Below, piece after piece: positions 50,801 to 64,000 of a stretch of 64,000 nt of DNA. Numbering within the stretch: position 1 is the first letter of the stretch; each line of letters opens with the position of its first letter. The notes under the pieces were generated by a model that searched no databases, was not told the origin of the DNA, and saw only the letters and a list, made by a program, of their open reading frames with translations. The position numbers were made by a program, and so were the translations under genes. The DNA comes from Catajapyx aquilonaris (taxonomy: Eukaryota): NCBI GenBank assembly GCA_000934665.2, contig KZ539380.1, positions 1 to 64,000 on the forward strand. Direction: 5' to 3'.

Positions 50801-53800
50801 ACTTACCTTAATTGTGGTTAGCCACTTATCGAAATGCTGAGCATTTTGCGTGACACTCGTAAATAACGTGATCGAAATATGCCCAGCATTGCTATAGTCA
50901 ACTTGCATTATACCCGATTATGAACCGGTGAACTGAACTAAAATCCATTTTAATTGGCATCGTTATTGACGGCCTTAGCCAGCAGTAAAATTAATCATAA
51001 TTGTTTCAAGCAAATTTTGTCCGATATCGTACCCCCGCCTCGTCAATTTGAATCCCAAGAGCTTTGCATGTATATGTGGAATTAGAGAATTATAGGCTAC
51101 CAATGTGTTTGTAACCAGAAGTTTAATAATAATTGCTGCAGCCCAGGTGTTGGTTAATTATTATTGGAAGCACCAAGTGGGACAACGTCAATTAAATATT
51201 TCCCTTTGGTCGTGCCTATAATTAGCAGAATAGGACTCACGGCAATGTACGGATGATTACTTTAGAACTGGGAACCTTATTATGCATATTAATTTTTTTG
51301 TTGAATTCTTTAATTTTAAATAATGTATATTTATGTGAAAGCCGTAAATTTGGCAATGCACCAACTCGCTTATTGGTTTTGTTGTTGTTGTTCGAACTTA
51401 ACTAAGGTAACCGTCGCCACTGGAAGGCTTGTGCCGTTACGTGACATGAGAACACTTCTATTGAATTATGCCTGCATTCCTTAGAATATGAGATGGACTG
51501 GTAGAGGAACCTCAGAGATCTTTGAAGGGCTTCCACGTTTTATACAGGGTGGTTTAGGAACCAATGGAGGGTCCCTTGCTGGGCAATAAGATCCTGGAGT
51601 GATGGATGAGCACACGGAGCTATCTTGCCTTAGCTTTTATCACCCTCCTTTATATCTCACTTTCCTGTGCTGCTTGCGGCCTCGTTTAGGAAAATAAATA
51701 GGTCATATTAATATTGTCGTCCTCAGAAACGTATATTCTGAGCCTAAATTAAGTTACATATTTTTCCGCGATATCTTCGAAAGAAAAATAGTGTTATATT
51801 GGCGCAACGTCTCCTAAATTTCACTTTCTGCAAAGTTTATCCCGCTCCTAGTTTATGCCTGACACGTTCTGCCAACGCATCGACTTTCAAGAGATAAGGT
51901 TCTAATGACTCTCCAAGTTGATTAAAGACAGTTTTTTTTAAAACTCAGACACTTTTTCGGTAACAAGTTTACAGCAAAACTGACATCAAATTTTACACGC
52001 GAAGTGAAATTAAGCAAGATCAATATAATGTGTGACTTAAGATGCGCGCACATGGCAACTGGTGCACCAATGAAAACACCATTCTCTGCTATATGTTATA
52101 GTGTTCTCCGTCATGGTTAAGAGAGGCAGGTTGGATTGGCAGATAATTGACAACTGGAGTACTGTAATTTCGTGGGAAGAGAATTATTAGGGGTGGCGAT
52201 TGTGATGCAAACGCACCGGAGAGGAAGGGCTTTTGAGGAAAAGCGTGCGGCTTTCCAGATAACCCGTGCTGTTGTTTTAGAATAATTGCCTCGGTTTCCC
52301 TCCTAATCGCTCTATATCATCACTTCATCACTCACCTTGATGGTTCTAAGCTCGGCCGGATGAACTGAATAATCACGCTCTCATTATAAATATGTGTAAT
52401 TATCATAATTAACAACACTTTACTAACACTTATTAACAGATCAGATATTCTTGCTATCAGCGCCTGTTTGCTGATTATGTAGCTATAAGGGCAGGTTGAG
52501 GTATTTTAATCGTCCGATATAATTAACATCGGTGCATACTGCTAAGGAAGTGAAATTCTGGTCAGCATGTGTTATTTATTTTAAAAATTCGCTGATTTTT
52601 ACCGAGAAAAAATAATAATGTAAGTGAAAGGAGGCTGCCTTTTTCGATCCTCACTCCTTTCCGTGGGCTTTTCTCCAACCTCACTCAAACTTCAAACGAA
52701 GCATTCAAACCTCGAGTTGGCGGCAGACTCGGAAGTATATGGGCCAATAACTCCTGCCAACAAGAAGAGCTGGGAACAATGTGCAGCCCAAAGACTGGGG
52801 GAGCCAAAAGAGCTCCCTTCCTCGTCTCTCTGAGTAATAAGCTCTAATCGCGCAATGAAGTCGAGACTCTGGGAACTTGAAACTGCGACACTACGCACGC
52901 TCCAGGCACACTCGTATCTCCAACTGCTCTTTGACGTTTGTCTCTCTAATTATGGTTCACGAGCGTAGTTATAACGACGGAAGAGGTTATAGAATATTTC
53001 GGTTTGGGAGGATTGCCGACGGCTATACAGCGGACCCACTGTTTGCAATAATAACTGGCAGTGTAATGATGCAAGTAAGATTTATATGTTTGGTGTCTAT
53101 AGGTCACTGTAACAATGTAGCCACTTTTATAGACAATTTTAGGTCATAAAAATCAATCACGCGAGTGCTTTAATAGTTGGCTGTAATTTTTGTCATTTCT
53201 TGTTGGCTGCCTGCTTGTGTCCAGGCTGCAGCTTACATCAGAGACGACTGTGTAGTATTGGCTCTGCCTTTCGCCACATAAAAAAAACTGGACTCTACTG
53301 CTATGTCCGGTTCTACTCCTGTGGGAAAGCACAACCCTGTTCCATAGACCAAGCTAGGTTTCACGTTGCGAGAGAAGGGGACGTGCTGGCTATTCACTTG
53401 TATAGTAGGAAGGCGAAAGCTGTATACTGTATAGTTGTGGAAGTTTCCGTGCAACACACGGTAGCGTTATAGGAGGCTCATTAGTAAGCCATAACTTGGC
53501 ATTAGTGTCAAGAGGGTGGTGTTGAACTTGTTTAGCTACCGTCCATAAAGTTGTTGGCCGCTTCCCCATATGGCCACACTACAAAATAATTTAATGGCAC
53601 ACCTCAATTTACAAAATATGGTATATACCTATAATGTGCGACTGTAGCAGGCCAACCAAGTTTTGAACAGTGCTTATGTAGGCTGCAATTGCAAGCACGC
53701 TTAGTTTGGTATGTTAATTACGAATGTACAGTGTAGTTTTTGTTGATAGACATCTACTCCGATGTTGCTCCACTCTACTGCATATACACTGTTTCTATGA

Positions 53801-56800
53801 CGTGATGATTACCGTACTTTCATATGCTGCACAGTCTAGACTTTATCAGTTTAGCATACAGGTTGTGAAGAAATTTAATTACGAAGTTAGTATTATCAAA
53901 TAAATTTTTACGCTACCATATTAGGCCACACTTCCCTCGTGAACTTTAACTTTGAAGATTGGATCTAATGTTGGATAGAAAAATTGAGCATGCAAGGCAG
54001 GTGGAGCAGACCGTTAGAAACTTTAAATGAACTACCGGATGAGCTGTATTTTATCCAGGTGAGGCAACTTTTAAACTTGCCCGGAAAGCTACCAGCGCGC
54101 CTTTATTAAGCAGATTAACCCTTGCTTTGCTAGTGGGGTTTAATGAAATTTGGTACGTCCTTCTCACAAGTAACAAGTAATATCTGAAGCATTGTTTGGC
54201 GAAAAAAAAAAAACATTTTTGCGCTTGAAAGTTTTATTACTACCTTTATTAATTTACGACCACCTTATCTGGAGCGCAATAACCGCAGGGCGTGGTCTCA
54301 TTTTCAGTCTATTCACCTGGATAATGACATGTCATGTGTGTGCGGCCTAACGCCTGAAAACGATTTCCGAATTAGAATCTGGCGTTTAGAAAAGTGGTGA
54401 GCGGAACATCGGACGTGCCGTGCTTTCTCCCAATTTAAACCATAGAGACGTCCGACGTAGCACCTCATTTAGCGGAAAGGTAGTCGGGGCGGTTGTCCAG
54501 GAAACTTATTTTCATTCTGAGAGTGTGGAAATGGGTGAGGGTTGGCACGCGCCAGCCAGTGATACCGAATCACGGAGGGAAAAACTTGGCCTCCATCAGC
54601 TACATACATACCCCCATTCGCAACCACGTCCATGCCATCTCGCTTTTATGCCGCTATTTACTGTCCTGCACCCAGAAGCACCTGGCGCCATGCCAACTTT
54701 ATCATATCTCAGTAGTTGTATGTGGCCGTTGCATGTGTGAGGACTGGCCACTCTCACATATATGCTGACGGGCTGCAGAGTTATTGAGTGGTGAGGGACA
54801 TACGCTGTGTGTGACGGGATCGTAAAATGATACTTGGGTTGGTTCGTTTCAATTAAACGGTGTATATTGTTGCATGATTATCGCTGTTTAGCAGCTCCGG
54901 TGTAATCATCGGGGGCTCACTTAATTAGGTGGAGGTAATGGGGTAGATATTTGTAAAAACTTTATGCACCCATCCTAATAGGTCTCCACTGAATTAAACT
55001 TACAATATTAGCTCCTGATGGTAGCGAATCATCAGCATCCTCCTCGCCTGCACCTTCCTCTCTCAACAGAAAATGATCTCCCTAATTGAACCTGGGAGTG
55101 CAGTTATAAATAGAGTCATCGATTATGTGATGGAAGCTTTTACATCACGGCGGGGTGCACTTCCGATAGAAGTCTAGCTACAAAGGAAACACATTGTTCG
55201 CCTTGTATTATAGGCTTCACTCCAAATGTGGAGGACCTTGCTAAAATAGCTGACTTATAACGTGCACTGCCTAAAGGGAGTTCATACACTGTCCAATTTT
55301 TCAATAGACAGTATAACAGGACTCTACGAATTGAAAACGTAAATGGCGCTTTATAATGCTATATTTCGTGAACATGAACGAAAAATCTATTTTTACTGCC
55401 TCACACATTAACACGCACATTTATCTGGGAAGGTAACTTGGCAACTTTAACTGCAAATCTTTCGTGTTGGTCGGTGGTTAGAACATGAATGCGATGACTA
55501 CAGGAAGCTAAAAGTATGCGCCTCTTATTTGGACGAAATATGCGCTTTTTCTCGGAAAATGTGACGGGTTAGGACTGTAAAAAATGCGGTACGGGTTAGG
55601 GTGGGTTGGGAGTAAGCCAAGGTCGAGGCCTGCGGAAGGAACAAGCGAGCGTCCCGACGCCAAAGCTTCCCGCCAAGAACGTCGTCGCAGAGATTGCATG
55701 TTTGGCAACACCGCCCCAAAAATAAAAGGCGTCACGACACAGTAGTCGCTGATGTCAAAGCTTAAAATTAGACCCATTTGGTGGCCCCCCGAAGCTTCCA
55801 TGCCCTTTTCTCACCTCTGGGAAAAAAAACAAACCTGCAGGGCAACTACTGTACTGTACCAATGTTAGCCAGGGATGCTGGGAGGTCGAGGACCCAATGT
55901 GGAAGGCGCCGAAGACAAGCGGCGCTAATGGAATGGTAAATGCCTCTTGAATCGCTGAAAAGCCAGCGGAGTAAAGCCGTGGTCGCTGGCCACTAAGCCG
56001 ACCGCCCTATTTCTGCCGTTATTTATAAAGCCCCAGGCCGTTGCTGCCGAATTAATTTGGAGCCCAAACTATACTAGCCGGACGTCAAAGGATTTTCAGG
56101 ATGAAATTAAAAACAGTTAAATGAACTATGAACACTAATTAAACAGTGTTGCTCGTGTATTGCCTTGTTGACGAGAAGATTGATACAAATTTTACCAACA
56201 TAATCAGGCCCTAATGCCTCACTGCATGGTATGCGCGCAGTATTGTCAGCGTCGGACAATCCTGTCTCAGTGTGTATCCATATTAACATTCACTTAAACA
56301 CATATACTGCAATTTTTGTAAGCATTATGTATAGGGGATTTCAATAATTTGATTATGAAGAAATTATATTGTGTGATCAGGCGAGGAGGGGGGATCATTT
56401 TTTGCTGAGTTATTTCAGTGTCTCGATTAGTAAAGAACATTAGGCGATTTTTTTTTATCTGTTTGGGATTGAGGATAAGGGAATAGTCTGAGTTATATTC
56501 CCTGTACGTGGTTTCCGACATGGAAATTTGGAACTACCACACAAGTTGGGAAGTAAAACTTCTGTGAGCCTGTGCATGTGTGTGTGGGTACGGCAAAAAC
56601 TCGCCCATTTTCACTCTGAGCCTCGGTTTTCCTGGCGCTTTAAACAAGTTTTTTAAATAGCATTTTCATATGCTCTGTCGAAGTTTTTCGGGAAAAAATG
56701 CTGACCTTCCATTAACTATTTCAGATAAAAATTTATTGAATAGAAATAGATATGTGTGGCTTACTGACTAACCTAAAATAAGTGCCTTCAACTGCAATTA

Positions 56801-59800
56801 ACCTACTATTTGTTCCCTAAATGCTGCATAAGCTGAGTGAAAAAGTTACAGATTGTTTATCCCTTGTAAGCAAATTAAATATAAGCCCGCTGGACACAAC
56901 CATCAGGACCACATTCATACTTGTCGTTTCAACTCCACAAATCGGATATTGGGACTAAACAATCGACAACTTGACCAGGTGTACTTCAGCTAGTAGTCAC
57001 CAGTGCACCCCTATGTGCACATTAGATGTTGCAAGCTGCCAATAAAGTTTTATTCGTCAAAATAAGTAATTAACTATTGAAGCATTTGCCTGTCACCAAG
57101 AGGACAGACTTCATGATGCCAATCTGTCACGCTGTTGCAATATTTTCTGATAGTACGTATTTTAAAAAGAGCGCTTATGTTGCGTTTAAATATTGCATAT
57201 ATGGGCCTTTCCCAGTTTGATCTCCCTTAATCCCTAAAAGCTAACACCCTAGCTGTGTTTATTAATCGGAAGAGTGAAAAATAGCGAAATCTCATTACAC
57301 GTACTTCTATAATGAACTTTTTAATACGCTGCGTCGAAAACCATTGATACAAAATCATGTTACCCTGTGGCTTAGCGGAGCCTGCTTGACGGCTGGTTGA
57401 AAGCGGAACTTCCTCTTGCTCATATTGCATGCATATCTCGATTATACTGTATGAATGAATGTAATAGTGCCAGTAATCTTTCCTGCATTCGACAGCAGGA
57501 AACAGGGTTATGAGGGTCGGGATTGATACCTCCAATGTGTACGCATCACGCAGGGTGCCTGTATACCATCATACACTGTCAAAATTCCACATTCAATGCA
57601 CGGTTCGCGATACGAAGTCACTCGCTTGACAAACGCTGAAAATATTAACATGCATAAATTGCGGTGCAAATGCGGCCAGCAAATGTTGTTCTCTATGCTA
57701 ATTCTGGCACAGGCCTCATAAGCTGACAGCCAATTACTGCATAATATGTGCTCACAGACTAGGAAAAGTTTGCCTTTCTGCAACTACATTTCCAGTGACG
57801 AGGGGTGCCGCACTTTTTTGTGACGTGTGCACAATCTTCCTTGGATGGCGTAACCTCTGGCAATGTTTATCATTAATTTATGTATCGTAATCTTCATTTG
57901 GGACTGGTTGCCATCACTCAGCTAGGCACACATAAAACTTTCCCCGCAGCCAACCAAGTACATCCTCGCAGGCTGAAAACTGCCATAATCCTCCAGTATC
58001 ATCTCCGCTCACGCTTTCTCCAGCCTCAAGCTAGCTCGCCTATACTGATAAGCAAAATTCTTTGTGAACAAGAATTAATCTGATCCACGTCCCATATTGA
58101 CGGCTGGAAGCGTCACTACTTTATTTTGTCTATTTTTTTTAGTTGGTACGGGAACAAAGCAATCCAAATTACTATTTTTGCCAGCCTTGCGTTTGGATCG
58201 GCTTTTTTGATGAATTAAAACCAGCATAGTAACACATAATGTGTGCTCATGGTATGGGCACAAGGAAGCAGGAGAATTCAATTACAGCTAATCAGGCTGC
58301 ATCGTGTTCATGCAAATAGGGGATGGTCATAAAAATTAAAGTATCTGTGGGGAGATGGTTAAACACTGCAATTTCTCTTGCATGCTGATTTTGTCTGATG
58401 TATTACTGTAGTTTCTATTTCTGTTTTCAGGATCTCTTGAGACAAGATATCCTCATGGAGTTCCTGACAGCGTATACAGGTAATGAAGAAACTTCCTTTT
58501 AAATGCATGATGGCAGTATACACATGGTGTAGTAAAACCATCACTACTGATACTCTATTAGTAAAAGTGGTCTCGTGGTAAAATGCTACGCCGCCCTGAC
58601 ACAGTAAATTTTATAGGGTACCGGTATAGCTAGTCGGAAGGACATTTTTCTAATAAGGACCGCAGTGTTGGATGTAGCTGTTACATGAGTGTGTCATGTC
58701 ATGTGTCAGTGTAAGGGTTCTCAAGATTTGCGTACGACACGTTTTCTAGCCGTATTTTGAATCCTAGCAAGAAATATACTGTACCTGTCATCATTGTAAT
58801 CGGAAATGTTTACAGGCACATTACTCCGAAAAGAAAGAGGATATATGGGCTATGCAGCAGATAAGCTTGCGTGCTTATAGTACACCGGCATTACATGAAC
58901 TTGTTTTCGCCACCGTTGGCACGAATAAAGATAAATTCTACATCACGTTACGCTTTGTCCTCTCTCATAGTTTTGCGCCCAATGCTCCTTTGCTGTGCGA
59001 TTGTGTTTATATGTAAATTCAGTCTAGGCGGCACCTAGATGATCAGGCCCATCTGCTAGACGCTGAGGCGTAAGGAGTAGCGGAATCCCTTTACGGGACA
59101 GCTGCCTCTCGCTGTTTTTCGCCCGGGCGCTGCAATCCGTGGCGAGATTACCACCAGAGTACATTCAGAGAGAGGGATGAAAGGGTTACATCCACACTCT
59201 TTGGAAATGTCACGCTTTGGCCCATGTTCTGAACCTAAAGGCGTGAGGCAGAAATCGGGTTGGATTTCGACTGTGCCACTTAATTCTTTATAACTACAGT
59301 AGCGTATTCTGTTGTAGGAAGAAACATTTCTACGTCATTTGCAGGATCAATCTTGGGATAGTCGCTTAGCACATAGATAAGTGTATGCGGAACGAAAGTG
59401 TGCCAAACATGGCACGTAAACCACGCTACAAAAATAGCCTTCCTCCTAGAGTTAAGCTGGCAAAAATGATGACTCCACTTGGTATAAGGGCGATAAAACT
59501 GAATGAAAAAGCGAGACCCAAGACGCCAATAAATGTTGCAAGACATAAAAAAAAGAGGGGGGGCGGACCAGCCAGGCCTAAGAAAGCAACTGAAACAAGC
59601 ACTTTCAGACCAACAACTCACATCGCCTGCCGCCTAACAGATAACAGCTTCTTGTTTCACCCCGCCTGCACTCATTTTCTTCCTCTTTTTTTGTTCATTC
59701 CTATACACTCTTCTGGGAGCGTTTACTATTGGGCGTATATTGCTTCTTGCTGCTCTAAATTGTATTTTGGCCGTCTGTCGATCGGGTAACATTCAAGGGC

Positions 59801-62800
59801 GCATTGCACATGTAACAAGCGCGCTATAAAATGGGCTTTGTGCATTTCGGGTGACACGAGACGGATGGTTGGATTTGCTGTGTGCTCAGCTTCCAGTCTC
59901 CGGTTGACAAACTTTAGTGAAGGCAAACAAACTCGTGCTCAGCATACAAACGAGGAGTACATTTCGCATAGATAGCTAGCAAATATGCCGGAATGTGGTG
60001 CATCCCCAGGGTTTGCCTGCATCGTCGGTGCCCGTCGGTTCAATGCCTTGCGCCACTAAGCGGTTTTACTTGTGGCTGGGTGCCTAATCACATCTGTTAG
60101 TGGTTCCGGCATTGTCGAGTCAGAAAGGCATTGTGTTTTAGAGGTCATCCTGCGGGCTAGGCAATTTCTTGGGAGTCGTGCTGGTTAGTCTGCATCGCAG
60201 GCGCAGTTATTAGAGGTGGCTTTTGAGGATGAACTATGCGCGCATGTAATGTGTACTGTACGTTATTCCAATTAGAGATCTGTGAGTGTCTGTGAGTTAT
60301 AGCTTCGACTGGAATGTAGTACACAGGCGGCACGGTTTTATTCTGACTCTTGTTTATTTGCGGAATTCGCTTGGAATCACGCACGTGCGCGAATGCAAAA
60401 TGCGGTTAACGTGTTTACCAGTTGGCAAAAATGTATGGGTCAGGGGACATGGTTTTGCCACTAGCTTGCTTCTGATTAGTTGTTGAATAGTTTATTAAAA
60501 AATGAACACGAGACCCGCCTCCCATTAGCTTGGTCAATTTTTCATGGTACGTTATATACAGGCCCGTACATGCCGCATAGTACTGTACAGCTGCACTATG
60601 ATCACAACAAAAATATTAATTGAAGAAACTGTGGTTCGTGGCAGGTTCTCCGTCAGCCGTTGAATATGTATGTCAATATGTGTTAGAATAATAGTCTACA
60701 AACTTGAATAAAAGCTTTTCATCTCCCAAAACAAGCGCACTACAAGAACTGTACCTTTTGCAATAATTTTACATAGAGATAACAATCATGAGATCTAGAA
60801 AGGCGTGAAAAAGGCATGCACTAATTACCTACAACACGATAATATACAGAATATATTTAGTTTCGGAGAGATTATACATAGAAATTTGTATTCAAAGTGG
60901 CAGCGTTCATATGCATGTGCTTTTTAAAGATCAACTTAGCCAATATCCCTCAAAGGTCAACGGGCTGCTTGTTTAAAGATGCGTCCAACCACCAGTGTAC
61001 ACATCCTTGCAGGTCGTGTTGAAAGGCATACGAACTTAAGCCGTTATAAAAAGTGGATTGCACATAAATAAAGCCAGATTGTTTTCGGATCATAAATTTG
61101 AAAGACGGAAACAAATTCGACAAGACTTTTGCCGAAGTTATTCCTAGGTTGTTTTACCGTTGCCACCATTTCGAGTGGAAATGTTGTAAAAGTGCTGCCG
61201 TCCCGTTCAGTCAGTGCCACGGTCGTGAACAGGTTTAAATTTAAATCCAATAGGTCCCCAGTGGACCGAAATCGAATTTCCCCGCAGAGATTTGTCAGCT
61301 CCCTATCAGAAAGAATGTTGCACGCGCGTGCTGTGTCTGCGAAGAAGCAAGAGCTGCCTCCATGTTTGGAGTATCGATATGCATGGGCCTTGAATGTCGG
61401 AATGCGGTCAATTTTTTGGCCATCCCTCAAGAGGTTTGCTCACTTGGACATGAGGCCTATATGCGACATTTTCTCCAACGTTGCGTGAATAGCATATTTG
61501 ATTTTTGGTGCGGTGCAATAAAATCTGGACAAAAACTGAATGGCACTCTGCGCAACCCTGTACACGACATGTGTTTTACGTCAATGTCAATTTGTCGCAT
61601 GCACTACTGAACATCCGCCGACTTGGAAATGCAATATCCGGCTTTTTGAAGACCTACGGCCGCGTCTCACAAATGTGGCCGCACTTAACATACGTATTAT
61701 TTCACGGTGCATTACGTGTCGGAACACTTGGAGGTTCACAGTAGAGCGAATTTAAAGAGCCTGTTGCACTAACATGACCACATCACGCAGCGTGTCTTGA
61801 ACCACGATTAACCTGTCCTCTTTTCACCCTTGCTCGCTGTAACCCCCTACGGCGGCATAAAGTGCGGCTAAATTTAAACACGACATTGATTAAAGTGTTT
61901 TGTCGGCGAAACACTCTGGAGGGTTATCAGGTGGGTCCTTTCGGCCCAACATAAATCTGTTCACAAGTCACTATTTGCTTACTTGAGTGAAGTAGAGCTG
62001 GCTGAGGATAAGTAAGATCTGATGCAGAAGGAAACGAGTGGTTCTGTACTCCGTCATATTATATCAGATTGGAGGTTCTATAAGACGAATGGCTTGCTTT
62101 CAATCCTGATCGACTCGGTCAAATCGAAATGACGCTGACGGAGTGAAAGAGAGAAAAAATTTGACAAATGGCTTGTGGGGGGAAAATGTCCACTCACTTG
62201 TGGCTCAGGCCAGATTCTTTTTAAACGTCTTTCCAATGCCCTTGAGATCCATATTTCAACCGTTCGCTAAACTAGTCAACATGAACGAGTCAGCTCTTTT
62301 TAGCGCAGTCGTCTCTTACCATCAAAGAGCTGAAAAGTACCTGCCTGATGTAATAATTTATTATCTTCTATGTTGAGCCAAAAGAAACTATCAAGAAGTT
62401 GGTCCAATTTGTTTTTTGTTTCTTTTTTAGATGGCTAGAAAAAGCTAATGTGCAAGTTATGTAATGTGCAGATACATTGTTTATTTTGGCCTTCCTCTAA
62501 CGTTACGTATATTCATCATGATATGAAATATCCTGTCTTCATATTTGCTTCATAACGAGGGTGGTTGGATATCCTGCAACAGGTGACTGAATCTTTCACT
62601 GATCTAATCAACAAACGTTATGATTTATTACTTTCTGTGACCTGAAGGGCCCATTGCCAATTTCAACGTACACCAATTTAGACATAATGGCTACAAATAG
62701 TGTCACATTAATGCGAAAGTGTACCGAAATGGTGTGCAGTTATTTGTGAAACGGCGACGACAACGAACACCTATTAGGAAAACACGCCAAGAAAAGTTTG

Positions 62801-64000
62801 TTTCTGGTTCTTTTGGGCAAGGACAATACATTCGGAGGTTGACATTTCGGTGTGTTAAATTAGGTTTAGGAAAGGGAGGACAAGTGCTTGGCACAATGCC
62901 GATGTCAACTACCCTAGCTTAAGGAAAATCATCACCAACCTGGCAAAAGGTCCGCAATTATTTTTCTAAAGAGTCAGACCCCGCTGTCAATTTGAAAACA
63001 AGCACATCCTGCAAGCCAAGTGGCCTGCAGTAAACCGGAAAGGTAAAGAACAATTTGGCAATGCAGGAGACGCACCAACACACTGGCCCCGGTTAACGAG
63101 GCAGTGAAATCCTAGCTTGGCTGTCTTCACCGTGGAAGCTTTTAAAGTGGGATCCCGACGTAATAACAGCAAAGAGATTGACGTAAGAAGCGAGTAAAAT
63201 GCTTGCGAGCAGGTGGGGTGTCCCTGTTTCAAAAGTCGGGCCGAGATGGAGGAAATCCATCTTTCCAAGACGGAAATAGGGTTTTTGGCTGGAAACCAGA
63301 GGCCCGAAGGGGTCACTCGACACTCGGGGGTAAACTGAATCCACACAACACGCTGCCCCGGCTTTGAAAAGGATTGCTGACGGCGACTTCTCCATTCGCG
63401 ATGACTGCCGGAATCCCGACGATAGCGGCTACAGTGTATAGGACTGCTGGACTGATGTGCTTCTCTTGCAAAACAATGATTTATATATCGGACGCATCGG
63501 TGACAGCAGTCACGTTGTATGGCCATACTGTAGATAGCAACACGTCGCCAAGGCTCCGGCTGATCATATATTGTGCTCCGGATCGGAGAGAAAAGGAGGT
63601 GTTTCAATTGACGGCTGCTTGGAGTGCCTGCAGGATCAGTTGACCGGGACAGAAACAGGTAGAGAGAGAGAAAAAGAGACGGCTGTCTGTTGAATCCGGG
63701 CTTTGAAATTCATCATTCCGGGCAGAATTCCTGGGATCTCGTTTCTCGAAAAATGCGGTTATCCAGTAGGCCGTGTGCCATTTCCATTGAGGAACTGGAC
63801 GCTAGTGTTGCGGTTGGAAATTCAAAGCTTGCTGGTCTACTTCAATGGATGTTACCCCTCGCGTAATTGGTAGGGAAACCTTTGTTTCTCAGGCAAAGCA
63901 TGTAAGCAAAGGTTTTTCTCGCGGCTGCTGTATTGACTAGTTCAAACAAAAATGTTGCTGCGGTCCTAGTGTGCAAGAGGAACATGATCAACATAATACA

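Noticed and set aside
59385..59789. 134-aa Lys/Arg-rich ORF
   Set aside because: No domain or splice support; intronic and antisense to the GPCR.

Overview
Eukaryotic genomic DNA, very likely arthropod (proctolin-receptor-like GPCR, many 55-90 nt introns), with one assembly gap. The first 18 kb is a compact housekeeping cluster: VPS9D1-like (-, 3' end outside the window) head-to-head with RPL7/uL30 (+), which is tail-to-tail with TSEN34 (-), followed by ECHDC3 (-). Next come an 11-exon SLCO/OATP transporter (-, 21.1-30.6 kb) and the last two coding exons of a proctolin-receptor-like GPCR (-, 44.6-47.9 kb), whose upstream intron runs past the window end. RPL7 introns host three C/D-box snoRNAs that resemble SNORD55/U55 and at least six different small transposon insertions. 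The most striking feature is a recent 199-bp copy of the intron-4 snoRNA cassette sitting inside a complete, TSD-flanked tRNA-derived SINE in intron 2. Exon models were built by hand from splice signals and reading-frame continuity; family names come from motif recall, not database searches.
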